Assembly (NCBI GenBank): GCA_043826565.1
Contig: JBDRPX010000012.1
Span: forward strand, 7,974 to 71,973
Direction of reading: 5' to 3'
Length of the DNA: 64,000 bases
DNA from: Candidatus Omnitrophota bacterium
GTDB lineage: Bacteria; Omnitrophota; Gorgyraeia; B26-G9
In this document: positions 18,791 through 29,879 of the stretch, in pieces
Numbering within the stretch: position 1 is the stretch's first letter
Layout: every line of letters starts with the position of its first letter
Made by a program: the position numbers and the translations under genes
The notes under the pieces: model-generated
The model's input: only the letters and a program-made list of their open reading frames with translations
The model's database searches: none
What the model was told of the DNA's origin: nothing

Positions 18791-19168
18791 ATGTCTTTAC
18801 AAAAAAAAGTATTGGTGATTGATGATGAGGAAGACTTTTCTTTTTTTGTAAAAAAGAATCTTGAGGTATCCGGGATGTTTAATGTTTTGGTAGCTACCAA
18901 CGGTGAGGATGGAATAAGGCTTGCCCGGATTGAACATCCGGATATTATTTTACTGGATGTAATGATGCCTTCGCTGGGAGGGCCGGATGTGGCGGATATT
19001 TTAGGTAATGACCCTAAGACCAAAGATATCCCGGTGGTTTTTTTAACAGCCATAGTCACAAAGGAAGAGATCGGCGTGGAAACAATGCGGGAAATCGGCG
19101 GCCAGAATTATATCGCCAAGCCTATATCCGCGGAAGACCTGATTGCGGCGATAAATAAAGTGGTATAA
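18791..19168 (+). CDS. Single-domain response regulator
   Basis: VLVIDDEEDF, LDVMMP, YIAKP. Confidence 0.92.
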   Translation: MSLQKKVLVIDDEEDFSFFVKKNLEVSGMFNVLVATNGEDGIRLARIEHPDIILLDVMMPSLGGPDVADILGNDPKTKDIPVVFLTAIVTKEEIGVETMREIGGQNYIAKPISAEDLIAAINKVV

Positions 19169-19180
19169 AAAAAGGAAGAT

Positions 19181-20689
19181 ATGAGCGTACAAATGAAACG
19201 CAAAATTATATCTGTTCTGGGATTAATAACGGTGATCCCATGCCTGGTTGCTTATTATTTATCGGTAAGCATGCCCGAACAGACACCTTTTTTTATAAAA
19301 ATGATCGTAATTAGTATTACCGTGGTTATCGGTACCTTGGGAGGGGTTTATCTTTTAAGGTTTATGGAAATGGTCGCTAAGTTGTACGAAAAACTTATGA
19401 ATATCGCCAATGGCGATCTTGCGCAGGAGGTAAAACCCGCGCCGGAAAGCGGGACGGAAAATCTTGCCGATTCGATTAATAAAGTTACTCAGAAATTAAG
19501 AGAAAACGCGAATGAATTGGAAAAAAGGTCGATTCTTATTGAACGCTCCGCGCAGGAGATGAAAAGAAGGGATGAAATACGCTCAACATATCTGTCTACT
19601 GTAGCGCATGAATTAAGAGCGCCGTTGATAAATATAGATAAGAGCACATCATTTTTACTGGGTGAAGAAAATATTGCCCGGGAAGAAAAAGACAATCTTG
19701 TAAAAATTATCAGTACTAATGCCAAAAGGCTGATCCATATGGTTAATGATCTGCTGGATATATCCAGAATGGAATCCGGAGAAATGGTCCTGCGGTATGA
19801 TCTGGTTGATCTGCGGGATATTATTGAGGAAGCTTCCGGGTCTGTAGAACGATGGCGGAAAAGCAAAGAATTACAGCTGGTGCTTAAGATCGCTCCGGAT
19901 TTGCCTAAAGTATATGTGGATAGAGTCCGGATTGTTCAGGTGGTGATCAATCTTCTGAGTAACGCGATTAAGTTTACTCCGCCGCATGGGAAAATTATCG
20001 TAGAGTGTAAAACAACAGAAGGTTTGAAAAATAAAGATGAGCTTTTTGTTTTGGTGGAGGTGGATGATAACGGAACGGGTTTTTCCGAGGCAATACAGGA
20101 ATTATTGTTTGTAAGATATAAATTGCAGCAGGAGCTTGGTTCTTATCGGACCGTTCCGAATACGGGGCTGGGCCTGCCGATTGCCAAACAAATAATAGAA
20201 TTGCATGGCGGAAATATCTGGGCCCAAAGCAAAACCAACAGCGGCAGTAGATTTTCTTTTACGCTTCCGGTAAAAGCTCAGGTGCTTGGAGATAGTGAGA
20301 TTTTTACTCCGGGGATAGCGCAGAAGAAAATACTGGTGATCGATGATGAAAAAGAATTACGCGATCTCCTGACCCGGGAGTTTAACAAAAAAGGATATCT
20401 TGTCGATACCGCTTTCGATGGATTTGACGGATTTAAACGAGCGGTAAAGAATGAGTATGATGTTGTCATCAGTGATATCAGAATGCCGAATATGGATGGG
20501 ATTGAGTGTTTAAAAATATTAAAAAAAATGACTCCGCATACCCAGATAATCCTGATGACTGGATTCTCTATGGGGAAAAAGGTGCAGGAAATAATCGATC
20601 AGAATGCTTATGTTTGTGTGCAAAAGCCATTTGACCTGCCTGAATTATTAGCAATTGTGGAAAAGGCAAGCAGAAGGGGTAACAAGTGA
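19181..20689 (+). CDS. Membrane hybrid histidine kinase (2TM-HAMP-HisKA-HATPase-REC)
   Basis: Two TM helices, HAMP-like, AHELRAPL, NAIKF, TGLGL, C-terminal REC. Confidence 0.92.
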   Translation: MSVQMKRKIISVLGLITVIPCLVAYYLSVSMPEQTPFFIKMIVISITVVIGTLGGVYLLRFMEMVAKLYEKLMNIANGDLAQEVKPAPESGTENLADSINKVTQKLRENANELEKRSILIERSAQEMKRRDEIRSTYLSTVAHELRAPLINIDKSTSFLLGEENIAREEKDNLVKIISTNAKRLIHMVNDLLDISRMESGEMVLRYDLVDLRDIIEEASGSVERWRKSKELQLVLKIAPDLPKVYVDRVRIVQVVINLLSNAIKFTPPHGKIIVECKTTEGLKNKDELFVLVEVDDNGTGFSEAIQELLFVRYKLQQELGSYRTVPNTGLGLPIAKQIIELHGGNIWAQSKTNSGSRFSFTLPVKAQVLGDSEIFTPGIAQKKILVIDDEKELRDLLTREFNKKGYLVDTAFDGFDGFKRAVKNEYDVVISDIRMPNMDGIECLKILKKMTPHTQIILMTGFSMGKKVQEIIDQNAYVCVQKPFDLPELLAIVEKASRRGNK

Positions 20690-21063
20690 TGGCCAAATTG
20701 CTTATCGTAGATGATGATTTAGTGGTCAGAGATTTGTTTGAGCGGACCTTGTCCAAGGAAGGCTATGAAGTATTTACCGCTGAGACAGGAGAACAATGTC
20801 TTGAGGTTATCTCCAATGAAGGAGCGGATAATTTTGCTTTTGTGTTCCTGGATTTAAAAATGCCGGGGATTGGAGGGGAAAATACTTTTGAGATTTTAAG
20901 GCGCTGCTATAAAAAACTAAACATTATTGTAATTAGTGCTTACGGGATGTTTTGTACGCGGGCTAAATTAATTGAAAAAGGGAACGTGATATATTTGACC
21001 AAGCCGTTTGATATGGAGTATATAAAAATTTTGGTGCGGAACCGTATTAAAGAAAAAATATAA
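20686..21063 (+). CDS. Single-domain response regulator
   Basis: LLIVDDD, FLDLKMP, YLTKPF. Confidence 0.9.
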   Translation: MMAKLLIVDDDLVVRDLFERTLSKEGYEVFTAETGEQCLEVISNEGADNFAFVFLDLKMPGIGGENTFEILRRCYKKLNIIVISAYGMFCTRAKLIEKGNVIYLTKPFDMEYIKILVRNRIKEKI

Positions 21064-21126
21064 CATGCTTACAATTAAAAATGGATGTTCAGTTTAATGT
21101 TAAACGTATTAGATATGGAGGTTGTT

Positions 21127-21408
21127 ATGAGTGAAAAAATTTTATCCATATCAGAAGCGGCAAAGTATTTGGGAGTATTTCCGCTGACTTTGAGAAATTG
21201 GGAGAAAAAAGGATTGTTAAGATCTTTTCGTACGCCCGGAGGACACCGGCGCTATAAAAAGAGCGAGCTTGACCGGATCATGGGTGTAGACCGGGAAGAA
21301 GATAAGATTAAAGAGACGATCCGGAAACTCGAAGAAATCCAGTTCCATAACGGCCGTCAGGAAAAGATTAACAAGGTTATTGAAAGCTTGAAAAAGCTGG
21401 CCGAATAA
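21127..21408 (+). CDS. BldC/excisionase-like MerR-family HTH protein
   Basis: LSISEAAKYLGV..TLRNWEKKG..RTPGGHRRY; ATG 21127 after GGAGG. Confidence 0.85.
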   Translation: MSEKILSISEAAKYLGVFPLTLRNWEKKGLLRSFRTPGGHRRYKKSELDRIMGVDREEDKIKETIRKLEEIQFHNGRQEKINKVIESLKKLAE

Positions 21409-21575
21409 AGGATGCCCAATTCTCAAGTGCCGGAAATAATGCCGCTGAATGATTAAAGAATAATAATCCTTACTAGATATTATTATGCTTGCTTTGAGGT
21501 ATGTAATATATGGTATAATATTAACAAGTTATAGGGTCTAATTTTTAAACTTATAAAATTAGTAAGGAGAGAAAT

Positions 21576-23735
21576 ATGATTGTTCAAAGGCGAATAATTT
21601 ATTTTTTTATTTTTACGGTATTGTTCGGTCTGTTAATTAATGATTTTGCCCTCGCTCAGCCGGCAGATAATATCGGCACAGAATATCTGCTTTTTGAAGA
21701 GATCCCCTCGGTTTTTACCGCTTCTAAAAGAGAAGAAAAAGCTACGGAAGCTCCGGCCACGGTTTATGTTATTTCCAGAAAAGATATTGAATTAAGGGGT
21801 TATGTTAATTTAAAAGATGTGCTTCGGGATGTTCCGGGTATGGAAACAATCGAGTATTATTTTTCCGAGCAGGGAACTCTTGTCCCGGTAAGAGGAGTTG
21901 TGGGTAATAATAAGATTGTTGTTTTGGTAAACGGCATGCGCATCAATCCTCCCGGAGGGGAAGAGCTCATGCTGCGCAGTGATCTGAGTGTAAGGATGGC
22001 GGAGCAGATCGAGATAATCTATGGCCCGGGATCGACATTATACGGACAGGATGCTATAAGCGCGGTGATCAATATAATCACTAAAAAACCCGGGGACGGA
22101 AAATTTGGAGAAGCAGTAGTTTCTTTTGGCACAGAAAGTTATAAAGAGCAGTATATTGGATTTGCTAATAGAACAAAATACGCGGAGTTTTCCGGATTTA
22201 TCCAAATGATTGATTCCGGAGCTACGCGGGTGGATAAGGATTATCCGGCCTGGTGGAGCAATTATTCCGCGGTGGCTAATCCGATCGGACAGGGAACTAC
22301 GGCTGTGGACAGATGGGACGAAGGCTTGAATGCTTTTTTTAGGATGGAAAATGAAACTGATTTCATCCAGATCTGGCATAGAAAGTCCAGCCGCAGCAGT
22401 TCCGAGGGCAGTTATGCTCCGACTCTTTTTTATGTTGCAGAAGCGGAATGGGAAGACTCATCTACAGTGGTACAAGCGCGTAATGAAGCTTTAGTAACGG
22501 ATGATATCTTATTGGAATCAACAATTACCTATAATAAATATGAAGCTCAGCCGGACACGCGTTATGTCTGGCCGTCCGGGGGTGCTTTTTTCTATAATGA
22601 TTTTAAATATGCGGCTGGTACCGGAGTTTCCCTGGAAGAAAAAGTATTAATGGATGTTACGGATAAATTGGGTTTGATCGGCGGAGTAACTGTTTCGCAT
22701 TATGATATAATCCCGAAATGTACTGTGCCGGGCTCGGTAGATAGAGACGGAGATGTCGCGGCTCAGGCCGGGAGCTTTGAATATTATACGCAATTAGGAG
22801 TTGCGGCATCAAAAGTTACGGTGCAGAAAGCATATAATCTGAGATATCAAACCCAGGGCGCATACCTGGAGGCGGATTATCAGATCACCGACGCGGTAAA
22901 AACAATTATCGGCGGACGCGTTGATACAAACAGCCGCTATAACGAGGTTCCGTTTAGCCCTCGGCTGGCCGCGATCTATGATGTTGATGAAAACTGGACA
23001 TTAAAATATATCTTTACCAAAGCCTATGTGTCTCCGCCGCCTTATTTTGGGTATAATGTGTTTGATAATGGAACAGCGATCAATATTACAAATCCGAATC
23101 TTGAACCGGAAAAAGCCGTATCCAATGAGGTGAATGTCAGTTATTCAAAAGAAAAGTTATCCGTAGGTTTAAGCGGTTATTACAATAAGCAGGATAAATT
23201 ATTGATCGTGGGAGACCAGGCTTTACCGGTAAATACAGTGCAGAATGTCGTGTATACGGACCTGGCCGGAACCGGTACCCGCAAGTTAACTCAAACAGTC
23301 AATGCCGGAGAAAGCCGGTCTTTAGGGTTTGATCTGTTCGGCCGCTATAGCATAGGGAAAACTTCTTTTTGGGGATCCTTTTCTTATGTTGACTATATTG
23401 CGGAGATCGGCGGACAAAAAACCGGCTTAGACGGAATTTCCCGTGACAATGTCCGCCTGGGCATGACCTATGCTTTGCGTAAAAATTTATGGATTACGCC
23501 TAGTTTAGTTTATAGATCGACACCGGCAAATATTAATAATGCTTTAAGCCTGGATCAAGAGCTGAAAAATCCGCATGAAATAAATATGCATATTTTATAT
23601 AAGCCCAAAGAGAATTGGAGTTATTATGCGGATCTTCGTAATATAACTAATCACAAATATGCGGTTAAGGGCATCTTGGGAGCCTTGCCGCAGGAAACTT
23701 TCCGCGCGGATGTGGGCGTAAAAATCTCTTATTAG
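21576..23735 (+). CDS. TonB-dependent outer-membrane receptor
   Basis: Signal peptide, VFTASK..AP, plug EQIEIIYGPGSTLYG..VINIIT, NPNLEPE, RNITN..Y. Confidence 0.92.
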   Translation: MIVQRRIIYFFIFTVLFGLLINDFALAQPADNIGTEYLLFEEIPSVFTASKREEKATEAPATVYVISRKDIELRGYVNLKDVLRDVPGMETIEYYFSEQGTLVPVRGVVGNNKIVVLVNGMRINPPGGEELMLRSDLSVRMAEQIEIIYGPGSTLYGQDAISAVINIITKKPGDGKFGEAVVSFGTESYKEQYIGFANRTKYAEFSGFIQMIDSGATRVDKDYPAWWSNYSAVANPIGQGTTAVDRWDEGLNAFFRMENETDFIQIWHRKSSRSSSEGSYAPTLFYVAEAEWEDSSTVVQARNEALVTDDILLESTITYNKYEAQPDTRYVWPSGGAFFYNDFKYAAGTGVSLEEKVLMDVTDKLGLIGGVTVSHYDIIPKCTVPGSVDRDGDVAAQAGSFEYYTQLGVAASKVTVQKAYNLRYQTQGAYLEADYQITDAVKTIIGGRVDTNSRYNEVPFSPRLAAIYDVDENWTLKYIFTKAYVSPPPYFGYNVFDNGTAINITNPNLEPEKAVSNEVNVSYSKEKLSVGLSGYYNKQDKLLIVGDQALPVNTVQNVVYTDLAGTGTRKLTQTVNAGESRSLGFDLFGRYSIGKTSFWGSFSYVDYIAEIGGQKTGLDGISRDNVRLGMTYALRKNLWITPSLVYRSTPANINNALSLDQELKNPHEINMHILYKPKENWSYYADLRNITNHKYAVKGILGALPQETFRADVGVKISY

Positions 23736-23966
23736 GGCTCTTTCTTTTTTTAGGTTGTTAGAAAGAACCTGATTTCACAGATTTTCAAAAGATTACAGAG
23801 ATGTTAATATATAACTCTCGAGAAAGAAAACTGTTTCTTAAGATAAATTATTTAATCGGTGTAATCAGTTTTTTAATCATTGTAATCAGGGTCATTCTTT
23901 TTTTCATCTAATCTCTTTACTTTTATTGTGTTACAGAAATTATTCCACTTTAAATAAGAATGACCC
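23736..23966 (+). repeat. ~230-bp modular hairpin element, copy 1 (inverted relative to 35494-35726)
   Basis: Near-identical reverse complement of 35494-35726 (about 8 substitutions and a 2-nt indel by eye). Confidence 0.92.
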
Positions 23967-24011
23967 CTTATTAGCCGTGTTTAAAGGGCTTTTGCCCGAC
24001 CAAACTATCTA

Positions 24012-24040
24012 TTGACAGCCTAATGTATTGTCTGTAGAAT
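24012..24040 (+). promoter_or_regulatory. Sigma70-type promoter
   Basis: TTGACA-17-TAGAAT. Confidence 0.6.
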
Positions 24041-24096
24041 ACTTCTATATAACCCATACCATAATAAGATGTTCCGACATTAAAAAATGTGAAACA

Positions 24097-24723
24097 ATGC
24101 GTAAAATTTACAATTTATTCTCTCAAGTTTACCGCAAAAATAAAGCTAAGACATTGTCTGTTCTGGGAATTTTAGGCAGTCCGCGTATTGGCGGTAATTC
24201 GGATATTTTGCTTGAGAGGGCCTTAGAAGGAGCCCAGGAATCGGGTGCTTCCGCGGAAAAGATCATTTTAAATTCCCTGAATATTGCCCCGTGCCAGGCC
24301 TGTGAAGAGTTAGAAGATAATACCGGGTGTATTGTCGAAGACGATATGCAGGATATTTATGCTAAGGTTCAGCAGGCGGATGTGATCATTATCGCCTCGC
24401 CAATATATTTTGGGAGCCTGAGCAGCCAGACCAAGATAATGATTGATCGTTTTCAGTGCTGGTGGCGGCTGAAAAACATTTTAAATTCTCCAATTGATTC
24501 CAAAAAAAAGCAGGGAGCGTTTATTTGTGTGCAAGCCGGAGATAAAGAGGAGTTTTTTGCTAATTCCCGGTCGATAATAAAAAATTTATTTGCTACGATC
24601 AATGCGGAATATACGGATGAATTATTATGTCCGGGGGTTGAAGATAAGGGTAGTGTTCTTGAAAAACCCGAAGTCATGGACCGGGCTTTTGAACTGGGGC
24701 AAAAATTAGTTGAACAAAAATGA
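24097..24723 (+). CDS. Flavodoxin-fold iron-sulfur flavoprotein / NADPH-dependent FMN reductase family
   Basis: GSPRIGGNS, CQAC..C..DDM, ASPIYFG, IDRF; start uncertain. Confidence 0.88.
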   Translation: MRKIYNLFSQVYRKNKAKTLSVLGILGSPRIGGNSDILLERALEGAQESGASAEKIILNSLNIAPCQACEELEDNTGCIVEDDMQDIYAKVQQADVIIIASPIYFGSLSSQTKIMIDRFQCWWRLKNILNSPIDSKKKQGAFICVQAGDKEEFFANSRSIIKNLFATINAEYTDELLCPGVEDKGSVLEKPEVMDRAFELGQKLVEQK

Positions 24724-24726
24724 AAA

Positions 24727-24845
24727 GAAAATAGAAAATAGAAAATTAAGAATAGACAATAGGAGTTAGAGTAATAGTTTTAAGAATTTGTTATTTTACA
24801 ACACTCAACTATCAATATTCAATTGTCATTGATATTCAATGTTCA
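24727..24845 (+). repeat. Heptamer-periodic palindromic element (GAAAATW ... TCAATWW family)
   Basis: gaaaata gaaaata gaaaatt aagaata gacaata ... tcaacta tcaatat tcaattg. Confidence 0.75.
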
Positions 24846-24880
24846 TTAAAAATAATACAACTAAATAGGGAGATCAGCAA

Positions 24881-25450
<570 letters not shown>

Positions 25451-25469
25451 GCTACTTTGAGGATTTTTA

Positions 25470-28088
25470 ATGGACAAAGACTTAACCCCGATGATGAGCC
25501 AATATCTACAGATCAAAAGAGGATACCCGGATGCGATACTTTTTTTTCGCTTAGGTGATTTTTATGAAATGTTTTTTGATGACGCGAAAATCGCTTCGGC
25601 AATTCTGGGGCTGACGCTTACCGGCCGCGGTTCCGATAAAACTAACCGGGTCCCGATGTGCGGGATTCCGTATCACGCGGCGGAAAACTATATTGCCCGC
25701 TTAATCAAGAGCGAAAAAAAAGTAGCGATCTGTGAACAAATCGGAGATCCCCGGGCGGGTAAGGGGATTGTCAAAAGGGAAATAGTCCGGGTTATTACTC
25801 CCGGGACATTGCTGGGACAGAATGTGCTGAGTACGCCGAATAATAATTATGTGGTAAGTATTTACAGTCAATCCGCGGATGACTTCGGGATCGCCGTAGT
25901 TGATCTATCAACCGGAGAATTTAAAATAACCCAGCTTAAATCAGAACAGGCCATGTTAAGCGAGGTAACCCGCCTTTATCCGGCGGAAATTTTACTCCCC
26001 GGAAAGCTTAAAGAAAACGCTGGATTGATTTCCCGGATCAAGCAGCGTATTAATACCGCGATCAGCATTGCCGAAGACTGGACCTTTGATTATGCTCAGG
26101 CAATGGAAAAACTCACCAATCATTTTAAAACACGCAATTTGGCCGGATTCGGCTGTGAAGAAATGCCCAGTGCTGTTTGTTCGGCCGGCGCGGTTTTACG
26201 TTATCTCGAAGATACCCAAAAAACAGAACTGGTTCATATAAATAAACTCTCGGTTTATTCCTTAAATAAATTCATGGTCTTAGATAGTGTGGCCCAGCGC
26301 AATCTTGAACTTATCCGGACGATGCGCCAGGAAAAAGAAGGTGCTTTGCTTAATGTTATTAACTTTACGCAAGTACCGATGGGAAACCGTCTGATTACGC
26401 AGTGGATACAACAGCCGCTTTTAGATGTTTCCCAGATAGATAAGCGGCTTGACGCGGTAGAGGAATTACATAAAAATCAGATATTACGCAATCAATTGAG
26501 GGAGGAACTAAAAAATATAGTTGATATTGAGCGTCTTTTAAGCCGCCTTAGTGTAGGGCTGGCGAATGCCCGTGATGTTTTGAGTTTGAATCATTCTTTA
26601 AAGATCATTCCGCAATTAAAAAACCTGCTTAAAGGAGTTTCCGGGGAACTGCTTCTCGGGATCAAGGACGATATGAAAACATTGGACTTCTTGACCGAGC
26701 TTATTGATCAGGCTATTCGTCCGGACGCGCCGGTATCGGTGCGTGACGCAGGAATGATAAATCACGGTTTCAATGAGGAGCTTGATGAACTTCTGGATAT
26801 TACTAAAGGAGGCCGTGATTGGATCGCGGCATTGCAAAAGAAAGAAATCGAACGGACCGGAATCTCCTCATTAAAGATCAAATATAATAAAATATTCGGT
26901 TATTATATAGAGGTAACCAAAACAAATCTTCACCTGGTTCCGGATGATTATACGCGTAAACAGACTTTGGTTAATGCCGAGCGTTTTATAACTCCGCAGC
27001 TGAAAGAGCAGGAAGATAAAATTTTAAGCGCGCAGGAAAAGGTTGTTGAACTTGAGTATGAATTATTTTTAAAGATCCGCCAGGCGGTTATAGAAGAATT
27101 GGTTTTGATCCAGGCAAACGCAAATTTAATCGCGGCCTTGGATGTCCTGAATAGTTTTGCCGAAGCAGCGGCGCGTAATCGATATATCCGCCCCATACTT
27201 TCTAATGACCCGGAGATTAAAATTACCGACGGCCGGCATCCGGTTTTAGAACAATTGATCAGCCGCGGGGGGTTTATTCCCAATGATTCAATGCTGGATA
27301 ACCGAGAACATCAGCTATTGGTCATTACCGGCCCGAATATGGCGGGAAAGTCTACCTATATCCGGCAGGTCGCTTTAATTGTGCTTATGGCGCAAATGGG
27401 TAGTTTTGTCCCGGCAAAATCCGCGCGGATCGGTATTGTGGATAGGATCTTTACCCGTGTGGGCGCGGCCGATGATATTACCGCGGGCATGAGTACTTTT
27501 ATGATGGAGATGAGCGAAACAGCGAATATCCTTAATAATGCTACTTCGCGAAGCCTGATCATTCTTGATGAGATCGGCCGGGGAACGAGCACCTTTGACG
27601 GTTTGAGCATTGCCTGGGCTACGGCCGAATATTTACATAAAAAAGAAGGCCCCAAACCAAAAACTTTATTTGCTACGCATTATCATGAATTGGCGGAACT
27701 GGAATTAACCTGTCCGGGAGTGAAAAATTATAATGTCGCGGTGCGGGAATGGAAGGATGAAGTTACCTTTCTCTACAAACTTATTGAAGGTTCCGCGGAT
27801 CATTCTTATGGAATTCATGTGGGTAGATTAGCCGGATTGCCGCAGGAGGTTATCAGCCGGGCGCGGGAGATATTAAGTAATCTGGAGATTAACAGTGTTT
27901 CCAGTAACGGGATTCCCAGCTTGGTCAAATCCGATAAAACAATTCCGGAGAATCAGCCGGAATTATTCGGAAGAAAAGACAATTCCTTAATAGATGAAAT
28001 TCGCGCGGTGGAACTAAATTCATTAAGCCCCCTGGAAGCGCTTAATTTGATCAATAAATGGAAAAAGAAATTAAAGAAGGAAAATTGA
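25470..28088 (+). CDS. mutS: DNA mismatch repair protein MutS
   Basis: TPMMSQY, GDFYE, TGPNMAGKST, DEIGRGTST, FATHYHEL. Confidence 0.98.
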   Translation: MDKDLTPMMSQYLQIKRGYPDAILFFRLGDFYEMFFDDAKIASAILGLTLTGRGSDKTNRVPMCGIPYHAAENYIARLIKSEKKVAICEQIGDPRAGKGIVKREIVRVITPGTLLGQNVLSTPNNNYVVSIYSQSADDFGIAVVDLSTGEFKITQLKSEQAMLSEVTRLYPAEILLPGKLKENAGLISRIKQRINTAISIAEDWTFDYAQAMEKLTNHFKTRNLAGFGCEEMPSAVCSAGAVLRYLEDTQKTELVHINKLSVYSLNKFMVLDSVAQRNLELIRTMRQEKEGALLNVINFTQVPMGNRLITQWIQQPLLDVSQIDKRLDAVEELHKNQILRNQLREELKNIVDIERLLSRLSVGLANARDVLSLNHSLKIIPQLKNLLKGVSGELLLGIKDDMKTLDFLTELIDQAIRPDAPVSVRDAGMINHGFNEELDELLDITKGGRDWIAALQKKEIERTGISSLKIKYNKIFGYYIEVTKTNLHLVPDDYTRKQTLVNAERFITPQLKEQEDKILSAQEKVVELEYELFLKIRQAVIEELVLIQANANLIAALDVLNSFAEAAARNRYIRPILSNDPEIKITDGRHPVLEQLISRGGFIPNDSMLDNREHQLLVITGPNMAGKSTYIRQVALIVLMAQMGSFVPAKSARIGIVDRIFTRVGAADDITAGMSTFMMEMSETANILNNATSRSLIILDEIGRGTSTFDGLSIAWATAEYLHKKEGPKPKTLFATHYHELAELELTCPGVKNYNVAVREWKDEVTFLYKLIEGSADHSYGIHVGRLAGLPQEVISRAREILSNLEINSVSSNGIPSLVKSDKTIPENQPELFGRKDNSLIDEIRAVELNSLSPLEALNLINKWKKKLKKEN

Positions 28089-28161
28089 AAATAGAGAATA
28101 GAAAATTGATGTTTGGAATTAATGTTTTACAATCTTCAATTTTCAATAATCAATAATCATT
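28080..28161 (+). repeat. Heptamer-periodic palindrome between mutS and mutL
   Basis: gaaaatt gaaaata gagaata gaaaatt ... tcaattt tcaataa tcaataa; includes the mutS stop. Confidence 0.8.
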
Positions 28162-28174
28162 TTTATGTTTAATT

Positions 28175-29869
28175 ATGGCTAAAATAAAAATTCTTCCCAA
28201 ATTATTAGCGGATAAGATCGCGGCCGGTGAAGTTGTGGAGCGTCCGGCTTCGGTGGTAAAAGAGCTGATGGAAAATGCTTTGGATGCCGGAAGTACGGCT
28301 ATTGAAGTGGTCATCGAAGATGCCGGATGCAAACTGATCAGGGTAATCGATAATGGCGAAGGCATGGCCGAAGATGATTTAAAGCTGGCGGCGCAGCGGC
28401 ATGCGACAAGCAAGATAAGTAAAGACGATGATTTAAACAATATTAATACTTTAGGCTTTCGCGGAGAAGCTTTATCGAGTATCGCGGCCGTAAGTTTTTT
28501 GACGATAACTTCCGCAATCCGGACAGAAGGGACAGCCTGGATGATTGAAGCTGAAGGCGGAAATATTAAAAACCTGCGTCAGACAGCGCGTACTCCGGGG
28601 ACGACAGTAGAGATGCGAAATCTTTTTTATAATACGCCGGCCCGGTTAAAATTTCTCAAAAGCAGATCTACGGAAATGTATCATATCACCCGAACAGTTA
28701 CAGAATTAGCTTTGGCTAATCCGGGCACTGCTTTTAGGCTGGTAAATAATAATGAAGAAATAATCAATATAGATAATAGCAGCGGTTTGTCCGACCGGAT
28801 CAATATTCTGCTGGGGGAAGAATTTTCCGGCCGGATCATCCCGATAAATTTCCATACGGCTCCGTTAAAGGTTAAGGGATTTATTTCCCGAGCCGGAACA
28901 GGCTGTTCAACCCGCAAAAACCAGCATATTTTTGTGAATAAACGCCCGGTAATAGATAAAACGATTTCACATGCTATAATTTCCGGGTATCATACTTTTC
29001 TCGGGGAAAAACAATTTCCGCTGATCGTATTGTTTCTGGAAACACCGCCGGCATCGATTGATGTGAATGTCCATCCGTCTAAGCGCGAGATACGTTTCCG
29101 GGAAACTTCCCTGCTCCATGATATTCTGGTCAAACTTATTAAAGATGCTTTAACTCAAAAAGAAAATTTGCCGGAATTAAAACCGGTGCTCGGGGCAATG
29201 CGGATACGTTCAGCCGAACAGCCCTACGCGCAGCAAATATTTGAAAAAGAGTTCTTTTCATCACCGGTAAAAGATATGGGTATTGACTTGTCGGCGCAAA
29301 CCGTGGATTATTTGCATGTAAAGAACACTTATATTGTTTCACAGGATAAGGACGGCCTTATTATTATTGATCAGCACGCGGCGCATGAGCGGATTCTTTT
29401 TGATGAATTACTGGCGCAGTTCAAAGCGAAAAGGATAGAAAAACAAAAACTGCTTTTGCCGGTGATTTTGCATTTAAATAAAGCGCAGGCGTTTTTAGTT
29501 GAGGATTGTAAGGGTGTATTCAGGGGATTGGGTTTTGATATCGAGGACTTTGGAGGACAGTCATTCACCGTGCAGGCATATCCGGCAGTTTTAGGAGATG
29601 TGAATATCGCGGCTGTTTTTGAAAAAACATTAGCGGAAATTGCCGAGTTGGATTTAAGTGCGGATACCGAGCAAAGAATGACGCAAATACTTGCTCCGGT
29701 TGCCTGTCATGCTGCGGTTCGGGCGCATGATAAACTTTCTCCTGAGCTGATTAACGCGCTTTTTGATCAATTAAGTAAAACCGCGTCTCCGTATACATGT
29801 CCGCATGGCCGTCCGACGATGATCACCATAAAATGGGCAGAGTTAGAAAAAAGATTTAAAAGAACCTAA
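28175..29869 (+). CDS. mutL: DNA mismatch repair endonuclease MutL
   Basis: IAAGEVVERP, GFRGEAL, DVNVHP, DQHAAHERILFD, CPHGRP. Confidence 0.98.
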   Translation: MAKIKILPKLLADKIAAGEVVERPASVVKELMENALDAGSTAIEVVIEDAGCKLIRVIDNGEGMAEDDLKLAAQRHATSKISKDDDLNNINTLGFRGEALSSIAAVSFLTITSAIRTEGTAWMIEAEGGNIKNLRQTARTPGTTVEMRNLFYNTPARLKFLKSRSTEMYHITRTVTELALANPGTAFRLVNNNEEIINIDNSSGLSDRINILLGEEFSGRIIPINFHTAPLKVKGFISRAGTGCSTRKNQHIFVNKRPVIDKTISHAIISGYHTFLGEKQFPLIVLFLETPPASIDVNVHPSKREIRFRETSLLHDILVKLIKDALTQKENLPELKPVLGAMRIRSAEQPYAQQIFEKEFFSSPVKDMGIDLSAQTVDYLHVKNTYIVSQDKDGLIIIDQHAAHERILFDELLAQFKAKRIEKQKLLLPVILHLNKAQAFLVEDCKGVFRGLGFDIEDFGGQSFTVQAYPAVLGDVNIAAVFEKTLAEIAELDLSADTEQRMTQILAPVACHAAVRAHDKLSPELINALFDQLSKTASPYTCPHGRPTMITIKWAELEKRFKRT

Positions 29870-29879
29870 GGAGATCGAC

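Noticed and set aside
21085-21408. Possible IS607 TnpA or prophage excisionase
   Set aside because: Only the HTH is present; no serine-recombinase domain, tnpB, integrase or phage genes nearby
24028-24096. ORF-track start of the flavoprotein
   Set aside because: The TTG start overlaps a TTGACA/TAGAAT promoter; the real start is downstream. Similar over-extended starts were trimmed for several genes
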